Origin: a virus
Taxonomy: Duplodnaviria > Caudoviricetes
Reading direction: 5' to 3' (one strand)
IMG/VR virus record: IMGVR_UViG_3300021431_000003
Coordinates: 32,001-96,000 of that record
Length of the DNA stretch: 64,000 nucleotides
Positions 55,541 to 64,000 of this stretch are shown here, one piece after another. Numbering within the stretch: the first letter of the stretch is position 1; every line of letters begins with the position of its first letter. The translations under genes were made by a program, and so were the position numbers. Under the pieces are notes generated by a model, which was not told the origin of the DNA, did not search any database, and saw nothing but the letters and a program-made list of their open reading frames with translations.

Positions 55541-57094
55541 ATGGATAACAGAAAGATTGTTGTATATAACAACAAAATAGTTATCAACGATTATGTATAT
55601 GGTGATTATCCTGGATTAGATAGTTCATTTGAAGTATTTGATAAGGCTACTCACACATATAGAACAATCGCAGCGGTATATGATAGAAAGGCTAGAACCC
55701 TGACTATTCCTAGAGGATTAGATATATCTTATTTGGAAAAGATGTTAGGATATAATGCTTTCTATGATAACACCTATATTCAACCAAGAAAGAATCTAAA
55801 TCAGATTCTAATCAAATATCCACCTAAAGATGAGAAGCAATCACAAGCAATTAACTTCTTATCTGGAAACGGAAACTACAAGTTTACTAAGAAATATTCA
55901 CAATTATTCTTAGCACTTGATACTGGTGCAGGTAAGACGTATCTCGGTATTGTCTATACTGCATTATTGAATTTGAAGACAATCATTATCACTACTTCTA
56001 ACGATTGGTTGTCTCAATGGAGAACCCGTTTTATAGAGCATACCAATATGATATCTTCTGAGATTCATTCTATAGAAGGTTCTATGGATATCAACAATAT
56101 CTTATCTAAACCTGATTCTGTATATGATAAGTATAAGTTATATACAGTAACTCATGCTACTTTACTTTCATATGCGAATGAACATGGATGGGAAGCTATT
56201 GATTATCTGTTTAGAAAACTTGGCATAGGTCTTAAGATTATAGATGAAGCACATCTTAACTTTGATAATATCTATCATATAGATTATGCATCATCTGTAT
56301 ATAGAACTCTATATCTTACAGCAACTCCAGTAAGAGGAGAAAGTAGTGAGAATAGAATCTATCAAATCTATTTTAAGAATATACCGATGTTAGATTTATT
56401 CGACCCAGAGAATGACCCTCATACTCATTATATCTCTCTTAGATATAAGAGTGGTTTCACTGTACAAGAGATTAATGCTTGTCAGAATAAATATGGGTTT
56501 AATAAACAAACGTATTCAGACCTAGTTGTGATGAAGGAAAACTTTGATTTCATCTCAAGAATAGTTATGGATATGGTATACCATATACCAGGAAAGAAGA
56601 TGTTTTTCTTTGCTACAAATAATTCTATAGTATTCTTCTATCAATGGTTAATATGTAATTATCCAGAACTACAGAATGATATAGGTATCTTTACTTCTAT
56701 AAATGAGAATAAAGCTGCAGCAAAGGATAAGACTTATATTCTCACAACTTCTAAATCAGCGGGAGCAGCAGTAGATATACCAGACTTAATGGTATGTATT
56801 AATATGGCTGAACCTACTAAATCCCCGCCACAGAATAAACAAAGATTTGGTCGTACTCGTGCTTATAATAGTTACTATATAGATGTAGTAGATACATCTC
56901 TAAAAGTAATCAGTAACTATTATAAACAGTCATATCCGATGTTTGAGAAGTATGCATTAGATTGTAGAGATGTAGTATTCAGTCAAGCTCAGTTAAAGAA
57001 TACTGCATTTAATGTAATGTATAAACGTCTCAAAGAGTTTGGAGGAATGCCGTTTGAGAATATAGACTTGAAGCATCCTCCAAAATGGTGGTAA
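55541..57094 (+). CDS. SF2 DExH helicase (UvsW/XPB-like)
   Basis: LDTGAGKT, IIDEAH, LTAT and QRFGRTR; follows the beta' C subunit, as in phiKZ-like gene order. Confidence 0.88.
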   Translation: MDNRKIVVYNNKIVINDYVYGDYPGLDSSFEVFDKATHTYRTIAAVYDRKARTLTIPRGLDISYLEKMLGYNAFYDNTYIQPRKNLNQILIKYPPKDEKQSQAINFLSGNGNYKFTKKYSQLFLALDTGAGKTYLGIVYTALLNLKTIIITTSNDWLSQWRTRFIEHTNMISSEIHSIEGSMDINNILSKPDSVYDKYKLYTVTHATLLSYANEHGWEAIDYLFRKLGIGLKIIDEAHLNFDNIYHIDYASSVYRTLYLTATPVRGESSENRIYQIYFKNIPMLDLFDPENDPHTHYISLRYKSGFTVQEINACQNKYGFNKQTYSDLVVMKENFDFISRIVMDMVYHIPGKKMFFFATNNSIVFFYQWLICNYPELQNDIGIFTSINENKAAAKDKTYILTTSKSAGAAVDIPDLMVCINMAEPTKSPPQNKQRFGRTRAYNSYYIDVVDTSLKVISNYYKQSYPMFEKYALDCRDVVFSQAQLKNTAFNVMYKRLKEFGGMPFENIDLKHPPKWW

Positions 57095-57135
57095 TAACAC
57101 AATGAAAAACTACTAAGTAAAGGTGGTGAGGGAAG

Positions 57136-57843
57136 ATGCAGACTGATTATTGTTATATGAATGACATGGTATACCAGTTATCAGATGAAGTTAGACTCAT
57201 GTTTCATACAGTAGCTTCATATAATAATGGTATGAGAACATTCTCTAATTATAACGAATATAAACTTAATGGCAAGACTGAAGGTAATACAATGATAAAA
57301 CGTGTATTATCATATTACTTGTTCTTTGAAGATAGACGGGATAAGATAGAGAAAATCAGTATCTATCCCGAACACATGTTTGAACTATTGAAATACTTTG
57401 AGCATATAAGACTTAATTGGATTGAAAGTGATAATTGTGGTATATATGGAGTCATGGATAATTCACTTGCTGTGGTAAACTATGACGAGTATATCTATAT
57501 GAGATTACCAATGGATAAGGTAATTAAGTTTATGCCTGGAGTAATGAAGACAGAAATGGGTGATATGAAATGTATAGATTTGTATCTTAACTCTACTAAT
57601 CCAGTTCAAATAACACATAGTACATTCTTAGGAATGTACTATGTGCTTCAACATTTTGATATGTTGAACTATGCAAATACAAGTTTGTCGTTTATGATGC
57701 TGATGAACACTCCTCTTAATAGAACTGATTTCACTACATCTGGTCAAGTTAACTCTGCGCCATTGAAAGATAACAGTACAGTGTCTGGTAGTGTAGGAAG
57801 AACGTTTAATAAGAGTAACAAGTCAGCATTCTTTGATGATTAA
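57136..57843 (+). CDS. Hypothetical protein
   Basis: 235-aa ORF with a late-type promoter at 57108-57120. Confidence 0.7.
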   Translation: MQTDYCYMNDMVYQLSDEVRLMFHTVASYNNGMRTFSNYNEYKLNGKTEGNTMIKRVLSYYLFFEDRRDKIEKISIYPEHMFELLKYFEHIRLNWIESDNCGIYGVMDNSLAVVNYDEYIYMRLPMDKVIKFMPGVMKTEMGDMKCIDLYLNSTNPVQITHSTFLGMYYVLQHFDMLNYANTSLSFMMLMNTPLNRTDFTTSGQVNSAPLKDNSTVSGSVGRTFNKSNKSAFFDD

Positions 57844-57856
57844 GGAGGAAATAATT

Positions 57857-58276
57857 ATGGACGAGTATAAAAAAATGAATGATATCGTTAGTAATGCCAA
57901 AATGGATGAACTCTATATAGCAGTAAATGTGATTAATGATTGGATTTTAGAAGGATTTGATTTATCAACTCTTCCTGTTCAACTTGCAGATTTTGGTTAT
58001 TCAGAGAAAGATGTTAATACGATTAAAAACTCACTCATAAATATCAAAGAAGCTCTTAAGGATAAAGAATCCGCTGTTAAATCTGATAAACTGCAAATTG
58101 TTAGAAATTTGCTTAATTCTAACACGTCAACTTCTTTACCAGCACCATATTCTTGGAATCCTAATATCAAGCAAGATTTTCCTACAGAAATTTGTCGCAA
58201 TAGTAACTATGGCGACGATATTTCTAGTGCTCCATATTTAGGACCTATGCCTTTAGATGGCGGACTTAAGGATTAA
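57857..58276 (+). CDS. Hypothetical protein, paralog A
   Basis: Start after AAGGAGG; INDWILEGFDLST...INIKEAL. Confidence 0.7.
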   Translation: MDEYKKMNDIVSNAKMDELYIAVNVINDWILEGFDLSTLPVQLADFGYSEKDVNTIKNSLINIKEALKDKESAVKSDKLQIVRNLLNSNTSTSLPAPYSWNPNIKQDFPTEICRNSNYGDDISSAPYLGPMPLDGGLKD

Positions 58277-58289
58277 GGAGGAAATAATT

Positions 58290-58580
58290 ATGACATACGG
58301 TAATGGCACATTGATTAGATGCTTGGCTACAATCAATGATTATATCATTGAAGACGGTTTAGATTTATCTACCTATGCTGATACACTTGAAAAGAAAAAT
58401 TATCCAGAAGATATGGTTAATGCTGTTAGAATTGCCATTGAAAATATTAAAGAATCTTTGAGAGAGACATATATAGAACCAAAGCCAATGAATCCAGATG
58501 AAGAACTCCAGTTATCTGTAGACGATGCTATTGAAGGAATCAATAACTATATTGAAAATGGAGGGTATAAAGAATTATGA
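58290..58580 (+). CDS. Hypothetical protein, paralog B
   Basis: INDYIIEDGLDLST...ENIKESL; same 22-bp translation-initiation sequence as paralog A. Confidence 0.7.
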   Translation: MTYGNGTLIRCLATINDYIIEDGLDLSTYADTLEKKNYPEDMVNAVRIAIENIKESLRETYIEPKPMNPDEELQLSVDDAIEGINNYIENGGYKEL

Positions 58581-58864
58581 GTTTTCTAGATTTTATAGGA
58601 TATGGTATTTTGTTAAAGATTCTTAAAGCTGTATTATGGATAGCAGCTAGTATAGGATTATATTTCTTCATTTACTGGCTCCTTAACGGTAAAAGAGATA
58701 CTAAAGAAGAACATAATCATGATAAACAACATGATGATGATTTTAATTTAAGGAAATATGAGTATTCGGGTGGTACAGTAAAGGACTTTAATGATAGATG
58801 TCGTAAAAGTTTCTTTGATAGCGTTGGATTACGTGAAGAAGAGGATGAAAAAGATGATGAATGA
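58577..58864 (+). CDS. Small membrane protein
   Basis: N-terminal hydrophobic helix and charged C-terminus. Confidence 0.65.
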   Translation: MSFLDFIGYGILLKILKAVLWIAASIGLYFFIYWLLNGKRDTKEEHNHDKQHDDDFNLRKYEYSGGTVKDFNDRCRKSFFDSVGLREEEDEKDDE

Positions 58865-59042
58865 AATTAAATCAAATCAAAAGATAAATTATTATCCATA
58901 TTCTTTTGAACTGGAAACTACTCCAGCTCAAGTCCTACCTAAATTACCACATATTATTGCTACAGAACGAACAGTAATAGATAACTATACACCAGTTATC
59001 GGATTACATGAGGATGGTGAGAAAGATGATGAACATATATGA
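58854..59042 (+). CDS. Small hypothetical protein
   Basis: ORF overlapping the upstream stop, with GAGGA RBS. Confidence 0.45.
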   Translation: MMNEIKSNQKINYYPYSFELETTPAQVLPKLPHIIATERTVIDNYTPVIGLHEDGEKDDEHI

Positions 59043-59370
59043 AATGTTTGAATTATTGTATATAAATTATATTAAGCATATGAACAATACTATATCAGAT
59101 AGATACATTGATATCGATGAAGTTTACAAAGCACGTGCTAAAAAGAAAATGAATCTGCGTTGTAAGAAGCCCGATTTAGAATATCCAGATGTACCTGATT
59201 TATATTATAGAAGTGTAGTTGAAGAAATGAATAAGATTAAAGATAAGCCAATTACTATAGATGATTTGATGAAGATAAATTTAGCAATGATTGGAATGTT
59301 TGAGGATTATGTTATTCCTAAGTCAAAATCAGATGATAAACCTAATGATACTTTAGGTATATTAAAATAA
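59026..59370 (+). CDS. Hypothetical protein
   Basis: ORF coupled to the upstream gene. Confidence 0.55.
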   Translation: MMNIYEMFELLYINYIKHMNNTISDRYIDIDEVYKARAKKKMNLRCKKPDLEYPDVPDLYYRSVVEEMNKIKDKPITIDDLMKINLAMIGMFEDYVIPKSKSDDKPNDTLGILK

Positions 59371-59457
59371 ATTATACTTGTATATAATATAGGTGTAAGA
59401 GGAGGTAGCGATTAGCTACCTCCAAAATTTATTTCATAACGAAAAGGAGAGTTTATT

Positions 59458-59838
59458 ATGACTACAAATGAAAGAGAAATTTTTGACAGGGCGGTTGATG
59501 CTTTGCATGATGTTGTCTATTCAATCGAAATTGATAAAGTTAATTTTGATGAATTAGAAAATCATGTAAGAACGTATGATGTTGGGAAAGCTAATAATGT
59601 TAAGGTATATCTTAATAATATTAAAAGCACTTTTTCGGCACAATCTGATACTGAACTTCAGGAGATTATCAATGTCGTTAATAATGTAGTTACAACTACT
59701 ACTAACGGCACTTCTTCTGTACAGAATCTGGAAGACCTCAAAGCTTTTCTGAATCAGGCGCTTCCTGCTTGGCAGAATGCAATGCAGAATCAGACTGTAT
59801 TTCAGCGGCAGTTCTATCAGTTCCCTACTCGCACATAA
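59458..59838 (+). CDS. Early hypothetical protein, possible distant paralog of A/B
   Basis: Early-like promoter at 59381 plus hairpin 59402-59424; AVDALHD...VKVYLNNIKSTF. Confidence 0.7.
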   Translation: MTTNEREIFDRAVDALHDVVYSIEIDKVNFDELENHVRTYDVGKANNVKVYLNNIKSTFSAQSDTELQEIINVVNNVVTTTTNGTSSVQNLEDLKAFLNQALPAWQNAMQNQTVFQRQFYQFPTRT

Positions 59839-59903
59839 TGTAAACAAAAAGAATGGGTTATTTATTAACCTATTCTTTTTAAATTTAAAAGGAGTATATT
59901 TAT

Positions 59904-60125
59904 ATGGATAAGAAACTCAATCTGGATGAAATTGAAGAAAAATATGAGATATTAAGAAAACAATTTACTGAAGACATTAAGATTGCCATTAAAGGTGATA
60001 AATATGTTCAACAATCTCATATTAACTATTTGGACTCACTTCCAACTATCGAGAAGAAGTATGAGTTCTTAGTAGAGCTTTATCAACACTATTTTGATTA
60101 TTTCATTAGAGATAATCAAAAGTAA
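59904..60125 (+). CDS. Hypothetical protein
   Basis: 73-aa ORF with AAGGAG RBS. Confidence 0.65.
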   Translation: MDKKLNLDEIEEKYEILRKQFTEDIKIAIKGDKYVQQSHINYLDSLPTIEKKYEFLVELYQHYFDYFIRDNQK

Positions 60126-60150
60126 TAATTAATGAAAAGGAGAAATTACT

Positions 60151-60561
60151 ATGGAAAACAATAACAGACTTGCACAGAGGATTCAGGAAATCAATGAGTA
60201 TGTAGTTAAGGAGTATTCCTATGATCCTCATTTTGATTTCGATATCGTTGATGAGCTTACAATTTATACCGCTAATTTGGTTAAGATGGGAATCTTTGAT
60301 TTCAAATTAGTTATAGCTATTGGAGAGTTTTACGCTTTGAATGATATAGCTAACGGAAATACTCCTCCAGTAGATATCAGAGAATCAGAAGGATTTAAAG
60401 CATTTAATAAGGTGATAAATGATGCAATGCAAAATTGGTTTGCAGCTCATCCTAATGAAGCACCAGTAATAAAGAATCTTGAAATGGTTCCAATGCCTGG
60501 TTTTAATAGTGCTGGTTGTGCAAATACTGACTTTGCTACTAGACATTTACTGAAGAATTGA
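60151..60561 (+). CDS. Hypothetical protein
   Basis: 136-aa ORF with AAGGAG RBS; terminator 60568-60600. Confidence 0.7.
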   Translation: MENNNRLAQRIQEINEYVVKEYSYDPHFDFDIVDELTIYTANLVKMGIFDFKLVIAIGEFYALNDIANGNTPPVDIRESEGFKAFNKVINDAMQNWFAAHPNEAPVIKNLEMVPMPGFNSAGCANTDFATRHLLKN

Positions 60562-60603
60562 CAATATAAGAACGGGACTCTCAATGTCCCGTTCTTTTTT
60601 GTA

Positions 60604-61815
60604 TTACATACGTCCAGGTTTAATCTCAGGATACTTAACTACAATAAGACTATCGCTATAATCATAACGATATGTAGTTACGTTAGCAAGTTCTTCTCTC
60701 AGAGAATAATATTTCTCTAATAATCCCCACCAACGTTTATGCTCAGCTTCACTTAAACGTTCATGGTCTAAGAAGTCTTCGATTACAGAGATACGTGTAT
60801 TAATCATACGCATTAGATAGTATGCATCATCTTCGTCTGCGACATGACGGATACGCATCTTGTATTCATATAAGTCTTGTTCAAACTTGCGAATATTTTT
60901 TATAGCAGTCTGTTTTCTTAACTCTGCATATTTACTCTGTTTTACTTCAGACTTAGATTCATTCACAAATACGTAATATAGTTCTCTATTAGTATAATCA
61001 CAACTCTCAGTGATATTAGTATCATCAATAGTTGTAATAGCGTTCATCATGATTTCCATTTCACGTTTCTCAACTTCAGAGCCTGTAATGCCTTTCATCT
61101 TCTTTAGAAGTCTTAGTGCTGGGATACGTTTAATCTTGAGTTCTTTATATACAGATAGAGACCATGCTAATGATGTAAGCTTGTTTACACTACCATCATT
61201 AATCTTCATACCAGATTTACAAATCTTATCAAAGATAGAGTTTAGGTCTTCTCCATATCCACACATATGTACAAACTCATCTGCTAATACTTCTCCATTC
61301 TTATAAATAAAGAACATAGAAGTCATCTTACGTACAGTATCTTTAATACCATAGCTGATGATTGTATAGTATTGTGCAGTCTTAGGAATATTCAGACTAT
61401 CTCCCTTCTTTGTAAGTTGTAATGCAATAACCTTTCTTACTTCATCTACAGGTTCGGGGTCATTAACAATATGACCAACTTCATGAAGAATCATTGCAGT
61501 AAGTTCTCTAGGAGTAATCTGTAATGCTGGGTGAAGAATCTTAGAATCAATTTCGATTGTATACTGATTGAAACGTACTTTCTTATCATCTTGAAGAATC
61601 TCTGTAACCAGTTCTTTATCTACATGTGGATATACACACATACCAAAGAACATAGAATCACTTCTAGTAAATAGAATCTCTTTACAATGAGAGTCTTTAA
61701 AGAAAAGATTCAATTCTTTTTTTAACTGGTCAAGACCCTTTCTTCCATCAGAATCAATAATAGTAGCACAAGCATATTCAATACCAGTGAAATCATAATT
61801 GATTTGACGAATCAT
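60604..61815 (-). CDS. Zincin-like metallopeptidase-domain protein next to the capsid gene
   Basis: ELTAMILHEVGH (HExxH) and a downstream EVLADEF third-ligand-like motif. Confidence 0.7.
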   Translation of the reverse strand: MIRQINYDFTGIEYACATIIDSDGRKGLDQLKKELNLFFKDSHCKEILFTRSDSMFFGMCVYPHVDKELVTEILQDDKKVRFNQYTIEIDSKILHPALQITPRELTAMILHEVGHIVNDPEPVDEVRKVIALQLTKKGDSLNIPKTAQYYTIISYGIKDTVRKMTSMFFIYKNGEVLADEFVHMCGYGEDLNSIFDKICKSGMKINDGSVNKLTSLAWSLSVYKELKIKRIPALRLLKKMKGITGSEVEKREMEIMMNAITTIDDTNITESCDYTNRELYYVFVNESKSEVKQSKYAELRKQTAIKNIRKFEQDLYEYKMRIRHVADEDDAYYLMRMINTRISVIEDFLDHERLSEAEHKRWWGLLEKYYSLREELANVTTYRYDYSDSLIVVKYPEIKPGRM

Positions 61816-61909
61816 ACGGTATATCCTCCTTTCATTGAATTCAAAAAACGCCTAGTGCCTATGAAGACACTAGGCGCTTGAAAGACCTTAAGTTATATAA
61901 TTACATTAA

Positions 61910-63937
61910 TTAGATAGCGTCAATATCGAAATCATTCTTACCGATGCTGCGTACACCATCACCACGACCAGTCGGGTCATTGTTGAAGCTGTAGTCAGTA
62001 CCATAGTTGCGGAGACCAGTAGGATTCAGGATGCGGATACGTCCCTGAACTGGCTGATATTCCTTAGCAATCCAACGCTCAAACGCATGTACTGCAGGAA
62101 GAGCAGGGTTGGTAATATTTCTGATTTCGTTAGAGAGATACATCTGATAATCATAGATTCTGTAGATGAAACGCTCAGAGTTTCTTGGGCAGAGGATAAT
62201 CATCAGGTTGTTGCTATCACGAAGCTTATCAGAACTAATGAACTGATACGTTCTCTTATCAGAAGTAACAACAGTCTTTACAAAGTCAAGCTCAACAGGA
62301 CCGATGCTAGAAGGAGACTGATAAGTATAATCGGTAGGAGTAATCTTACGGATAAGATCATCACGACCAATGATGTTGAACGTAACGTTCGGATCATTTA
62401 GAACATGGAGAAGCTGAGTAGCATGAGTATCAAGACTATCCATGAAGGTCTTGTATCTCCACTCGATTGGGTCGAGTGCATAGTTCTGAGATGGAGCGAA
62501 GTCAAACTGACGTGCAATCTTAGAATCTGCAGGCATATTGAGGAAGGACTCATCGAGGAATCTACGAATGAGGTCATCCTTATAGTTAGCCAGAGAAATC
62601 TTCATCAGAGACATAACCTTAGTAAGCTGGTTAATCTGATAGAGTGCAGCGATGTCCTTAACTTCCTCAGGAGAGATAGTTACATTAATCGGGATACGGT
62701 TAGGAATCTCGATAATGTCAGTACGAACGCTCCAAGAAACGCTAGGAGTCTTGAGCATTGCAGAAGAAGTATCAAGACGAGAAGTAAGCAGAACACCAAG
62801 AACGTTCTGGTTAGAAGTGGTGATACCGAATCTGTTATCCTTAGAGAAACCAGATACGAAACCAACAGTTCTGTATTGACCAGGAATTGCATTCTCAGAA
62901 GTAGTATTGTCAATAACTACAGTAGAACCATCTGCTAAAGTAACAGTAAGTGCCCAAGTATCTGCAAGAGTACCAGCAGCAACAGAAGTTACCATAGGAA
63001 GTGCAAACTGCTCACAAATCTGACGGTCATAAGTACCGTATGCAGGAACGAAATTACCCTTCCAATCAAATACAGCACCGATAACAGTCTGAGTTACAGT
63101 AGCATCAACAGTAGGAAGCTGAGCTGCAAGGTCAGAAGGAGTCTGAGTAGGAAGAACGTATGCAGTCGTAGTAGTATTAGTATACTTTACAGTAACATAC
63201 GTAACAGTTGCAGGAGTAGTAGCTGCATCGGACTGCTCAACAACGATGTTAACAGTCTGACCAGGATATACAACTCGATTGCCTACGAGACCAGAGATAT
63301 AGGACTCGATAGAAAGATTGGTGTTGTGGTCGGCAGGAACACCAAACAGAGTCTCGATAATATTAGTGTTCTCAGCTTCAGGAAGTGGGAGATAAAGAGA
63401 CTTAAGTGGTGCAGCCTTCTCGATTGCATCAGTCATCTTATATTGCTCTCTCCACATATCAATCTTCTCACCAGTCTCAGGATCAATGAGCCAACGAGTC
63501 TCCATAGATACAGTGAACTTAGGAGAAGTAGCTACGAGCTTAGGAATAGCACCCTTATCAAAGATATTGTTAAGCATGATATTCTTATGGATTGGGAAAG
63601 TCATACCGATAACAGGGTTAAACTGACCCATACCAGAATGCTCAAGAACAGCTTCCTTATCATTCTCATAAAGCTGCTCCATCATAAGGATGTGATCTTC
63701 ATACTCCTCTGCAGTCATACCCTTAGGATCTGCAGAATTTTCGATGAAGAAATTCTTCATTGCGGAATCAGTAATATCTCTTCTAAAAACCTTAGAAGGT
63801 TCAGTATAAATGTCAAGTCTACCCTCTTCCAAAATAGAATTGGAGAGGTTCAGGAACTCTTTCGCCATACCAGCCATAGGGTCATGTGCATAACCGTTAG
63901 AGCCAGGCTTGCGAATAGCTTCACCAACTACTGGCAT
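61910..63937 (-). CDS. Probable major capsid protein
   Basis: 675 aa with among the most strongly biased codon usage in the window; N-terminal propeptide with ILEE/IEN/VLEH sites; own terminator 61849-61876; size and layout like phiKZ/AR9-type capsid proteins. Confidence 0.7.
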   Translation of the reverse strand: MPVVGEAIRKPGSNGYAHDPMAGMAKEFLNLSNSILEEGRLDIYTEPSKVFRRDITDSAMKNFFIENSADPKGMTAEEYEDHILMMEQLYENDKEAVLEHSGMGQFNPVIGMTFPIHKNIMLNNIFDKGAIPKLVATSPKFTVSMETRWLIDPETGEKIDMWREQYKMTDAIEKAAPLKSLYLPLPEAENTNIIETLFGVPADHNTNLSIESYISGLVGNRVVYPGQTVNIVVEQSDAATTPATVTYVTVKYTNTTTTAYVLPTQTPSDLAAQLPTVDATVTQTVIGAVFDWKGNFVPAYGTYDRQICEQFALPMVTSVAAGTLADTWALTVTLADGSTVVIDNTTSENAIPGQYRTVGFVSGFSKDNRFGITTSNQNVLGVLLTSRLDTSSAMLKTPSVSWSVRTDIIEIPNRIPINVTISPEEVKDIAALYQINQLTKVMSLMKISLANYKDDLIRRFLDESFLNMPADSKIARQFDFAPSQNYALDPIEWRYKTFMDSLDTHATQLLHVLNDPNVTFNIIGRDDLIRKITPTDYTYQSPSSIGPVELDFVKTVVTSDKRTYQFISSDKLRDSNNLMIILCPRNSERFIYRIYDYQMYLSNEIRNITNPALPAVHAFERWIAKEYQPVQGRIRILNPTGLRNYGTDYSFNNDPTGRGDGVRSIGKNDFDIDAI

Positions 63938-64000
63938 ATTTGTATCCTCCTTTATTGTTAATTTTATAAATTGATTTAGATAGGTATTGCTGTTATTGGT

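Noticed and set aside
50302-57094. Inteins or self-splicing introns in the polymerase, RNAP or helicase genes (common in AR9-like phages)
   Set aside because: Motif spacing is continuous, with no C/S...HN splice motifs, homing endonuclease motifs or frame interruptions
1-64000. Stop-codon reassignment (TAG/TGA recoding, as in some gut phages)
   Set aside because: Long genes, including the 4626-aa ORF, are intact in the standard code, coding density is high and no suppressor tRNA is present
1-64000. CRISPR array, diversity-generating retroelement or retron
   Set aside because: No regularly spaced repeats, no TR/VR pair and no reverse transcriptase motif seen in this window; the terminal IRs at 3732/4038 alone do not justify a retron call

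Overview
An AT-rich 64-kb segment of a large tailed (jumbo myovirus-type) phage of the phiKZ/AR9-like kind. It carries fragments of a split multisubunit RNA polymerase (beta C-terminus, beta' C-terminal subunit followed by an SF2 helicase), a split family-B DNA polymerase catalytic subunit, three tRNAs and a dTTP pathway (dNMP/thymidylate kinase, ThyX, dCTP deaminase). It also carries RusA, a PC4-like SSB and a large morphogenesis block: baseplate and tail proteins, a 4626-aa tape-measure/lysin protein, a four-gene head-protein paralog array and the probable major capsid protein. Strong AGGAGG Shine-Dalgarno sites and Gram-positive-type wall hydrolases suggest a Firmicutes (possibly clostridial) host; this is inference. 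Two promoter classes can be read directly: about 17 AAC(A/T)-N6-TAA sites matching the AR9 non-virion-RNAP late consensus, and about 6 TATATTAT early sites, most followed by a 5' hairpin. The most unusual signals are: (i) an unrecognised, highly structured ~235-320-nt RNA with its own late promoter and terminator (6138-6459); (ii) anti-Shine-Dalgarno/anti-start-codon tails placed just before terminators; (iii) a virion-type polyprotein whose enzyme cassettes (permuted NlpC/P60, GNAT, P-loop kinase) are each bounded by prohead-protease-like x-x-E|S/A/N sites; (iv) a ~330-bp non-coding element with nested inverted repeats, a G-tract and a primosome-assembly-site-like motif; and (v) a gene whose mRNA ends can pair as a 14-17-bp panhandle. 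All product calls come from motif recognition by eye, not database searches.
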